IMG/VR virus record: IMGVR_UViG_3300025848_000177
Location: 1-24,888 of that record
Direction: 5' to 3' (one strand)
DNA length: 24,888 bases
Origin: a virus
Taxonomy: Duplodnaviria > Caudoviricetes
Part shown: in pieces, positions 18,704 through 24,888 of the stretch
Position numbering within the stretch: position 1 is the first letter of the stretch
How the letters are laid out: each line of letters opens with the position of its first letter
Notes under the pieces: model-generated
Told to the model about the DNA's origin: nothing
The model's input: only the letters and a program-made list of their open reading frames with translations
Database searches by the model: none
Made by a program: the position numbers and the translations under genes

Positions 18704-19611
18704 AATACCTACTAATATTTTTGATGCTTTTCGGTGTGGCCTATGCTCAGGAGCCTACCTATACCCCAATGAAGGGTAACTACAAATTCAAGGGCATCAG
18801 GGTGGATTCCCTATTCCTGATACCTTCCTTCACGGACACCACCGCCGCCAATGCCACCAACCTTGATGCCATTGCAGGGGCGATGATAAGGACGGGTAAT
18901 GACTTTTGGATGCGGAATGCGGCTACCAATGCGTGGCTCCAAAATGTGAATGTGGGGGATGGCTCTTCCCCGGTAGGTGCTTTTGTGAATTCGGTATTCA
19001 AAAAGACTGCCACGGATTCGGTGTTTTATGTGATAGCTCCTGCTGATACTACCTTCGCCTATCTTTCAGGCGGAGGAGCTACGGATTCCCCTGATAGGAT
19101 CAACGGCACGGCAACGGTTGATGTGACTGCTGATATGGATGGATTAGATTTTAATATAAAGGATGCAAACCATATTCAAATAGAAGCAGATATCACTTAT
19201 TTGTCAGCAAACAATGAATTAAATATCTCTTCAGGAAATCAGATAAATATAACTACTGATAAAAGGATAACATTAGGACCAGCAGGGGCGGCTAATCAAA
19301 TAGGAAATGTACTCTATGCCTATGCAAAAACAGGGATAGACCTTACCGTTGCAAATGACACGGCACATATACCTGGGACTTATCAGATATTAAAAGGTAC
19401 TTCTACTTATTCCTTTTGGCTTCCTGATGCTGCCCAGTTTCCGGGGCAAGTTATCTATATCATAAACATAGACGGAACTCAAGCGGATATATTTTCTCTT
19501 GGTGGTAATATTTTAGATGTAATAACTAACGCTATTGCAAGTGTAGGTGGAAATAGATTTATGATATTTACATCTGACGGAGTGGATTGGTACGGAGGAA
19601 CATTAAACTAA
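18700..19611 (+). CDS. Second fibre-like protein with Sec signal peptide; N-terminus paralogous to 15835-17529
   Basis: MKYLLIFLMLFGVAYA|QEPTYTPMKGNYKFKGIRVDSL; C-terminal LPDAAQFPGQVIYIIN...FTSDGVDW pattern seen in phage fibre domains. Confidence 0.78.
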   Translation: MKYLLIFLMLFGVAYAQEPTYTPMKGNYKFKGIRVDSLFLIPSFTDTTAANATNLDAIAGAMIRTGNDFWMRNAATNAWLQNVNVGDGSSPVGAFVNSVFKKTATDSVFYVIAPADTTFAYLSGGGATDSPDRINGTATVDVTADMDGLDFNIKDANHIQIEADITYLSANNELNISSGNQINITTDKRITLGPAGAANQIGNVLYAYAKTGIDLTVANDTAHIPGTYQILKGTSTYSFWLPDAAQFPGQVIYIINIDGTQADIFSLGGNILDVITNAIASVGGNRFMIFTSDGVDWYGGTLN

Positions 19612-19622
19612 ACCCTTATAAT

Positions 19623-19838
19623 ATGTCTGAAATTTTCAAACTCAATCTCGCTGACTTCATCAAAGGTCTTGCCCTTGCTGTGCTTACTTCAATAATCGTG
19701 ATAATAAATGACACGATAAATGCAGGGAGCCTTAACTTCGACTGGAATAATATCCTGCACACTGCGGCGATATCTTCAGTGGCTTACCTCTTAAAACAAC
19801 TTTTGACTAATGCGAATGGTGAACTTCTTAAAAAGTAG
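19623..19838 (+). CDS. Putative holin (71 aa)
   Basis: Two hydrophobic segments and a basic C-terminus; first gene of the lysis cassette. ATG 19623 preferred over 19587. Confidence 0.7.
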   Translation: MSEIFKLNLADFIKGLALAVLTSIIVIINDTINAGSLNFDWNNILHTAAISSVAYLLKQLLTNANGELLKK

Positions 19839-20292
19839 TATTTTCCTTCTTCTCCTGGTGGGCTGCTATACTCCCAAAAAGGCGGAGCAGCAGCTCAACA
19901 GGGCGAAGCAATACCCGGAAAAGGTGGCTGATTTCTGCCAATTAAATTTCCCGGTACAGGCAAAGACCGATACCACGGTCCAGACGGAATACGACTGGAT
20001 TGAGGTGGAATGTCCGGTTGCGGAGATTATACCCGCATCTGATCCAATTAAAGTCCATGATACTATCATAAGATATGTCACCAAAAGAGTACAAGTCCCC
20101 GGGAAAACTATCACCATTACTACAATGGTTAAGGACTCGGCTGAGACATCCAAGCTTCAGCTGGAGCTTCAAGCTTGGAAAGAAAAAACAACCCAAGCTG
20201 AAAGCAAAGCGTCCTCAAATATGAAATTCAACTGGATCCTGCTGCTGCTTTTAGGTCTTACTATTTTGTTACTTATATTCCGTAAAAAATGA
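19816..20292 (+). CDS. Putative unimolecular spanin
   Basis: Lipoprotein signal MVNFLKSSIFLLLLVG|C, beta-rich middle, C-terminal TM FNWILLLLLGLTILLLIF-RKK; between holin and endolysin. Confidence 0.78.
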   Translation: MVNFLKSSIFLLLLVGCYTPKKAEQQLNRAKQYPEKVADFCQLNFPVQAKTDTTVQTEYDWIEVECPVAEIIPASDPIKVHDTIIRYVTKRVQVPGKTITITTMVKDSAETSKLQLELQAWKEKTTQAESKASSNMKFNWILLLLLGLTILLLIFRKK

Positions 20293-20747
20293 AAGCCCAA
20301 GATTTAATCCTACAAAAGTATGGTCCTCCGGGTGAGACCTATAAGGCCAGGTACTGCATGATGTGGGATGCGGTGGCTGACTTCCCTTGGCTGAAGGATG
20401 TGAAAATTGGGGGTACGGATTCCCCGGTAAAGCGGATATATATAAATAAGGATTTCAAGGATAAGCTGTCCTTGGCTTTTACCAACCTTGAAAAGACCGG
20501 CCTGCATACGGAGATAAAGACATTTGACGGGTGTTATAATGATCGTTCCGTCCGGGGGCGGAATAGCAAGAGCCTCCATGCGTGGGCTATGGCTGTGGAC
20601 CTGAATGCTTCTGTTGAGAAGCTTGGTCAGGCCGGTACCCAATGGTCCGGGCGGTTTGTGGCTATCATGAAGGCGGCTGGCCTCTTTTGGGGCGGGGATT
20701 GGAAGGGGCGCAAGGATTCAATGCACTTTGCACTATTTAACGGCTGA
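20289..20747 (+). CDS. Endolysin, M15-family Zn peptidase (L-Ala-D-Glu peptidase-like)
   Basis: GCYNDR, SLHAWAMAVDLN (SxH-x6-D), WGGDW, DSMHF. Confidence 0.9.
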   Translation: MKAQDLILQKYGPPGETYKARYCMMWDAVADFPWLKDVKIGGTDSPVKRIYINKDFKDKLSLAFTNLEKTGLHTEIKTFDGCYNDRSVRGRNSKSLHAWAMAVDLNASVEKLGQAGTQWSGRFVAIMKAAGLFWGGDWKGRKDSMHFALFNG

Positions 20748-20788
20748 TTTTAGGGCGGTAAACCCCTGAGTAGTGGTGGACACAGGGT

Positions 20789-20816
20789 AAAAAATAGGGG
20801 CTTAAAATGGCCCCTA
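20789..20816 (-). terminator. Probable minus-strand rho-independent terminator
   Basis: Minus strand reads TAGGGGC-CATTTTAA-GCCCCTA-TTTTTT; the U-tract exists only on the minus strand. Confidence 0.5.
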
Positions 20817-20887
20817 AATGCGTTTGGGGGCATCCCAATAATGTGGAAAACTTTGGGGAAAACCTAATAAAAAAAAGTTTACAAAAG

Positions 20888-20919
20888 TTTGCAAAAGTAA
20901 AAAAAAGTTTATAGCATTG
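20888..20919 (+). promoter_or_regulatory. Putative Bacteroidota sigma-A promoter of the early operon
   Basis: TTTG (20888-91), 20-nt spacer, TAGCATTG (20912-19; one mismatch to TAnnTTTG); overlapped by AAAAGTTT repeats. Confidence 0.6.
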
Positions 20920-20934
20920 TGGAAACAACAGCAA

Positions 20935-21006
20935 ATGAAAGATCTAATCACATTTATCGCCCTCCTTTTAACCTGTCTTTTATTTCATAACCTTATAAAC
21001 TTTTAA
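20935..21006 (+). CDS. Putative 23-aa hydrophobic peptide MKDLITFIALLLTCLLFHNLINF
   Basis: ATG after an A-rich leader just downstream of the promoter; stop 2 nt before the next ATG; below the ORF-track cutoff. Confidence 0.45.
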   Translation: MKDLITFIALLLTCLLFHNLINF

Positions 21007-21008
21007 CG

Positions 21009-21212
21009 ATGCAAATCAAAGAGCAAATCATGGCCGAGATTACAATGCTCACCCAAAAGGTGAGCAACTACGAACTGGAGCGATGTCGAAAGAAACTCGA
21101 ACTATCCTCCGCCACCTTCCACAAGTATATGTGTGGTGAAGGGGCGAAAATCGAAATCTATCAGTTAATCATTAATCATTTATATGAAAGTTCACAAATG
21201 GTTCATGAGTAA
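21009..21212 (+). CDS. Cro-like helix-turn-helix protein (putative)
   Basis: 67 aa; CRKKLELSSATFHKYMCGE fits an XRE/Cro HTH pattern; near the start of the early operon. Confidence 0.55.
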   Translation: MQIKEQIMAEITMLTQKVSNYELERCRKKLELSSATFHKYMCGEGAKIEIYQLIINHLYESSQMVHE

Positions 21213-21420
21213 TGAAAAATGGTCCGGGCCGGTTATCGAGTTCGAGGTGGAGTACTGCCCCATTGATGACTCAGTATCTGATTACCGTATCTGCATAGCC
21301 GACAAATCCGGCCATGAAATAGATATAACTAAACTATTTACTTACAACTGGCCCGCCTTCGTGGAGGACATCCTTCAGGAAACGGACTGGCAAAACATTT
21401 ACCGCAATGCGAATAACTGA
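21184..21420 (+). CDS. Hypothetical protein
   Basis: 78-aa ORF in a tightly overlapping operon. Confidence 0.65.
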   Translation: MKVHKWFMSNEKWSGPVIEFEVEYCPIDDSVSDYRICIADKSGHEIDITKLFTYNWPAFVEDILQETDWQNIYRNANN

Positions 21421-21742
21421 CTATTACTTCCATGAGGGTCAGGTGGTGGCCCTTGATGATGTGGCCATCCTACATTTCATTGATGCCAAAGAGCTGGAGG
21501 CATTCCTTGACAGGAACTTCCTGCTGGATATCGACTTCTTTGTGGATAATAAAAAGGTCGAGTGTAAGATGACCTTTGACCAGTGGCTGGCCGACAGGGA
21601 CAATGCCAAAATAGATATACAGGTATTCATTGAAAGCCGCAAGGTGATTGATGATATATTGAATCCTCTTAATTTCATAAACTTAAAAAACAAAACAAAT
21701 GGAACTGATGACATTCTCCCAGGAGCAGGTAGCTCTAATTAA
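21407..21742 (+). CDS. Hypothetical protein
   Basis: 111-aa acidic ORF in the operon before bet. Confidence 0.65.
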   Translation: MRITDYYFHEGQVVALDDVAILHFIDAKELEAFLDRNFLLDIDFFVDNKKVECKMTFDQWLADRDNAKIDIQVFIESRKVIDDILNPLNFINLKNKTNGTDDILPGAGSSN

Positions 21743-22436
21743 GTCGATGGTGGCCAAGGATGCCACCGATAACGAACTGAAACTATTCCTTAACCAGTGC
21801 CAGCGCACCGGATTAGACCCCCTGACCCGGCAGATCTACTTCGTTAAGCGTGCCGGCAGGGTGACCATCCAAACCTCAATAGACGGTTTCCGGGTGGTGG
21901 CCGAGAGGTCCGGATTATATGCCGGACAGGATGAACCCGTGTACACTTATGATGAATCAGGCGAGCTGCTGAAATGCGCTGTTACTGTTTACAAGTTCAG
22001 CCCATCCGGGGAACGCTACCCGGCAGCGGTGGGGGTGGCATTCTACAAGGAATACTACCCTAACCCGCAGCTGCTTCAAAAGTCATTGAAACATACAATG
22101 ATTGCCAAGGTGGCGGAAAGCTTGGCCCTGCGAAAAGCATTCCCTCAGGACCTCAGCGGACTTTATACCACGGAGGAAATGGCACAGGCCAACCAGAAAG
22201 ATGACTTCGATGACATCCCCACCGATATAGATAAAAAGCCGCTGATCAGCCTGGTCTATTCATCCACGCTGGATGAGGATAAGAAAGAGATGGCCCTGGA
22301 AAAGATAGCCCTTTGCACCTCATGGGCGGAGTTCGATAAGATAGAGGCACGCCTTGAGGACTGCCAGCCATCCATTGATGAGGTGGTCAACCCGAATCAA
22401 AAAGATATCAAAAACCATATAAAAAAGTTATCATGA
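21699..22436 (+). CDS. bet: Single-strand annealing recombinase, Red-beta/RecT family
   Basis: ATDNELKLFLNQCQRTGLDPLTRQIYFVKR, SIDGFRVVAERSG, MIAKVAESLALRKAFP, GLYTTEEM. Confidence 0.92.
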   Translation: MELMTFSQEQVALIKSMVAKDATDNELKLFLNQCQRTGLDPLTRQIYFVKRAGRVTIQTSIDGFRVVAERSGLYAGQDEPVYTYDESGELLKCAVTVYKFSPSGERYPAAVGVAFYKEYYPNPQLLQKSLKHTMIAKVAESLALRKAFPQDLSGLYTTEEMAQANQKDDFDDIPTDIDKKPLISLVYSSTLDEDKKEMALEKIALCTSWAEFDKIEARLEDCQPSIDEVVNPNQKDIKNHIKKLS

Positions 22437-22651
22437 AATACCACATCTATAAAAAAGTAACAGAATTAGGATATACCGTGTATTTTATCCGTGATGAGAA
22501 TGACAAGTTTATGGACATAGGGATGGAGTCATGCCATACCGATGCCTCGCCGGATGAGCATCTGATAGCACAACAGAAACTGACCAACAAGCTGCTGAAC
22601 CATTTGAACGGTTATACAAATGAATCACTTGTAAAAACTATTGAAATATGA
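22433..22651 (+). CDS. Hypothetical protein
   Basis: 72 aa, ATGA-coupled on both sides. Confidence 0.7.
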   Translation: MKYHIYKKVTELGYTVYFIRDENDKFMDIGMESCHTDASPDEHLIAQQKLTNKLLNHLNGYTNESLVKTIEI

Positions 22652-22815
22652 TTGAATGCCCAGACTGCAACGGTAAAAAGGAGGTGTATTACTCCTGCTG
22701 TACCGGAGAAATAGAGTATAATGATTATCACATCTGTCCCGTATGCAAGGAGCATTTGGGACTTGAAACCTGTAATACTTGCGATGGAAAAGGAACTATT
22801 GAAGACGAAGGTTAA
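22648..22815 (+). CDS. 55-aa Cys-rich DnaJ-type zinc-finger-like protein (absent from the ORF track)
   Basis: MIECPDCNGKKEVYYSCCTGEIEYNDYHICPVCKEHLGLETCNTCDGKGTIEDEG; ATGA overlap with the upstream stop. Confidence 0.78.
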   Translation: MIECPDCNGKKEVYYSCCTGEIEYNDYHICPVCKEHLGLETCNTCDGKGTIEDEG

Positions 22816-23134
22816 GGATATGCAAGCCTTCCTCCAGGTGCGGGCCGATGAGCCTCATGCCATGCTGGAGCGAATGGAACTACTCGAAATTCTGATGGCG
22901 CAGGCCGGGGAGTGCTTAGCCATTGCCCGGCAGCATCAGGACTACCTCACCCAGCAGATGATAGAGAAGCACATCGGGGATAACTTGCCACCAAGTGTCT
23001 TGACAAAATATGTCAATAGCTTATGTGCCGAATGGAATTTCATAGTAACTTCATTTGAACGGATTAATGCCAATGCGGTCCACCAGCACGATGGACTGAG
23101 GACCCGGATATCCTATATCAAGACAATGTCCTGA
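22784..23134 (+). CDS. Alpha-helical hypothetical protein (116 aa)
   Basis: Start moved to ATG 22784 (MEKELLK...) because the upstream part overlaps the Zn-finger ORF; C-terminal ERINANAVHQHDGLRTRISYIK. Confidence 0.7.
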   Translation: MEKELLKTKVKDMQAFLQVRADEPHAMLERMELLEILMAQAGECLAIARQHQDYLTQQMIEKHIGDNLPPSVLTKYVNSLCAEWNFIVTSFERINANAVHQHDGLRTRISYIKTMS

Positions 23135-23184
23135 ACGGGTATAAAATGTCTGATATTTCAGACCTTATACCCTGTAGGGTGCAT
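23126..23184. repeat. Imperfect palindrome / bulged hairpin
   Basis: Core GGGTATAA-aat-GTCTGA-tatt-TCAGAC-c-TTATACCC (23137-23172), extendable with bulges to 23126-23184. Confidence 0.7.
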
Positions 23185-23218
23185 TATTAATGACTTATCA
23201 TACACTAAAACAAATACA

Positions 23219-23581
23219 ATGAAACAACAATTAAGAAAATGTTTAATTGATTATGAGCCAAATGAAATATTTTATTTTCATAAATGGGTAGATGAAGGCA
23301 GAAAAAAATTGCATCCTGAAAATCCAAATGGAGATTTAATTTATGCTGAAACATTTGCATTATGTGAAAACATAAAAACTGGTCAGGTTAATAAAGCAGA
23401 TGTAGATTCAATAAAATTTATAAATGAATCGGAAAGTAAAGTAATACCTGAACTATCTGATGAGGAGATTAAAGAGTGGATTGATTCTACACCTTATTAT
23501 GGTCATTGTACCACTGAATACAAGGAGGGATTAGATGATGGAATTAAATGGTATCGTGAACAACTAAAACAAAGACAATGA
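23219..23581 (+). CDS. Hypothetical protein, AT-rich, possibly two fused modules
   Basis: 120 aa; N-part FHKW...FALCE..GQV..IKF and C-part ELSDEEI...GIKWYREQLK. Confidence 0.7.
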   Translation: MKQQLRKCLIDYEPNEIFYFHKWVDEGRKKLHPENPNGDLIYAETFALCENIKTGQVNKADVDSIKFINESESKVIPELSDEEIKEWIDSTPYYGHCTTEYKEGLDDGIKWYREQLKQRQ

Positions 23582-23802
23582 CTCAAGAACAAAAAAATGC
23601 TTTTATTGATTATCTTAATAATTTAAAAGAAGGCGCTGGACACATTCATATTAGTAAGAGAAAAAAAGAAAACTATCATCCTGATATGTATGGGTATATA
23701 AAAATTGGTGGCAAAACATATAATATAGCGGCTTGGAAAAAAAATAATGAAAAACAAACCATTTCAATTCAATGTTCTGAATTAGATATTGAAAAAATTT
23801 AA
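23578..23802 (+). CDS. DUF736-like small beta protein (possible ssDNA-binding)
   Basis: KKENYHPDMYGYIKIGGKTYNIAAWKK pattern. Confidence 0.6.
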   Translation: MTQEQKNAFIDYLNNLKEGAGHIHISKRKKENYHPDMYGYIKIGGKTYNIAAWKKNNEKQTISIQCSELDIEKI

Positions 23803-23825
23803 AACAAAGACAATAAGACCTGCCT

Positions 23826-24209
23826 ATGCCTAAAATGAACGCTGTACCCCGAAGCAAACAGCTCCAGAAAACACAAAAAGCATTCAACGCCTACATCAGA
23901 AAGCGGGACCAGGACAAGGGCTGCATATCCTGCCACTCATACAAAATAGACCACGCCTCCCACTACTTCGCTGCCGGAAAGTACACCGCCCTCAGATTCC
24001 ATGAAGATAATGTCCACGGCTCCTGCCTCCGGTGTAATTACTTCATGCACGGCAATCTGGTGAACTATAGAAAAAACCTGATAGGCAGAATCGGTCAGGA
24101 AAGGGTGGAAATTTTGGAGGGTCTGGCCTTGCGAATTGTGAAAAAATGGACTACCTTGGAGCTTCAAATAATTGAAAAGGAATATAAAACTAAAATCAAA
24201 TCATTATGA
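23826..24209 (+). CDS. ninG: NinG/Rap-family recombination endonuclease
   Basis: AFNAYIRKRD, CISC, HASHY, LRFHEDNVHGSCLRCN, GNLVNYR, RIGQERVEILE. Confidence 0.9.
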   Translation: MPKMNAVPRSKQLQKTQKAFNAYIRKRDQDKGCISCHSYKIDHASHYFAAGKYTALRFHEDNVHGSCLRCNYFMHGNLVNYRKNLIGRIGQERVEILEGLALRIVKKWTTLELQIIEKEYKTKIKSL

Positions 24210-24676
24210 AAATTAGACTTTTGTCCTTCGCTCTTTTATTATCAATGGCCGCCTCCGCCCAAATGGAATATAAGGTGGGCGTACTTACTCCGCTGCCTTT
24301 TAACCTTGAGGCACCCAACTACACAGACCTCGGTTCCGGTATGTTTCAGGCTACATGGAACAAAAAGAAAATTGGCATCCAGGCTTCCACCGGGTACCTC
24401 CGGCTGAGGGGTTCTGATGGTCCTGCCTTCAACTGCATACCCCTGATGGGTGGCCTGCGGTACACGGCACCAAAAAGCCAGATACACTTTGGAGTGAATG
24501 CCGGAACCTCTTGGATCAACGAGAAGGAACCCGATGAGAACTTCTCAAAGATTTTGTATAACTCCTACTTTGGATGGCAGAAAAATCACTGGTCTGTGGA
24601 CCTGATGTATTTCAACTGGGAGGAGTTTGATGATGCTCAGAATAATTTGTCCCTGCTTATATCCTATGTTTTATGA
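24206..24676 (+). CDS. Putative small outer-membrane beta-barrel protein
   Basis: Signal MKIRLLSFALLLSMAASA|Q; amphipathic strands IGIQASTGYLRL, IPLMGGLRY, IHFGVNAGTSW, WSVDLMY; terminal LSLLISYVL. Confidence 0.7.
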   Translation: MKIRLLSFALLLSMAASAQMEYKVGVLTPLPFNLEAPNYTDLGSGMFQATWNKKKIGIQASTGYLRLRGSDGPAFNCIPLMGGLRYTAPKSQIHFGVNAGTSWINEKEPDENFSKILYNSYFGWQKNHWSVDLMYFNWEEFDDAQNNLSLLISYVL

Positions 24677-24888
24677 AAAACCTGATCTGCTTACTTCTTT
24701 TGTTTTGGTTTTCTAAGGTGAACGGCCAGATGTCTGTCCGCCCGAATGGGCTGGGTGTTGAGATGGGTAACCTCGCAATCAACTTATCCAAGGAGGGTGA
24801 CAGGCGTCTGGCTTATTTTCACTATCACGAGAAGGCCACATGGAAAAGCTTTGAGGGCTTTGCCGGGGTGGGTGTCCACATAGGCACC
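24673..24888 (+). CDS. 3'-truncated secreted, probably outer-membrane beta-barrel protein (absent from the ORF track)
   Basis: MKNLICLLLLFWFSKVNG|QMSVRPNGLGVEMGNLAINLS...FEGFAGVGVHIGT, open to the window end; ATGA-coupled. Confidence 0.6.
   Translation, partial: MKNLICLLLLFWFSKVNGQMSVRPNGLGVEMGNLAINLSKEGDRRLAYFHYHEKATWKSFEGFAGVGVHIGT

Noticed and set aside
15835-19611. Type IX secretion C-terminal domains on the secreted fibre-like proteins
   Set aside because: No YPNP...GxY...K-type CTD pattern at any C-terminus by eye, so surface export by T9SS is unsupported.
22721-22783. Upstream start of the 137-aa ORF
   Set aside because: This stretch encodes the Zn-finger ORF in another frame; ATG 22784 is more plausible.
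62-24487. Minus-strand and nested alternative-frame ORFs in the track (e.g. 3085-3537, 9595-9981, 13873-14298, 20310-20642, 20737-20934)
   Set aside because: Nearly all are shadows of well-supported plus-strand genes with no recognisable motifs; 20737-20934 is low-complexity translation of the regulatory spacer.
1-24888. tRNA, rRNA, CRISPR array, IS element, integrase, intron or intein
   Set aside because: None recognised. Intergenic spaces are short, and TerL, portal and capsid have normal lengths.

Overview
A continuous, all-plus-strand segment of a siphovirus-type tailed phage or prophage, most likely infecting Bacteroidota. The host call rests on A-rich, SD-less gene starts, TAnnTTTG-like promoter elements, and five signal peptides cleaved before Gln. 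Gene order: partial PKD/Ig-like ORF, SAM methyltransferase, TerL, HK97-type portal, head morphogenesis protein, prohead protease, major capsid, neck genes, tail tube, G/GT chaperones with a -1 frameshift, tape measure, a large tail-tip protein, a second tail-tube paralogue, fibre/receptor-binding module, holin, u-spanin, M15 endolysin, a regulatory spacer, then an early region (Cro-like HTH, Bet, Zn-finger, DUF736-like, NinG) and two outer-membrane beta-barrel-like genes. Most notable: three fibre/RBP-like proteins in the tail operon carry Sec signal peptides, which cytoplasmically assembled virion proteins should not need, and two of them share a conserved mature N-terminal domain. A ~70-aa module also occurs three times on predicted cytoplasmic neck and tail-tip proteins. 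Together these suggest exported fibres that dock on the virion at or after lysis, or that decorate the host envelope (hypothesis). All family assignments are from motif recognition by eye; no database search was run.
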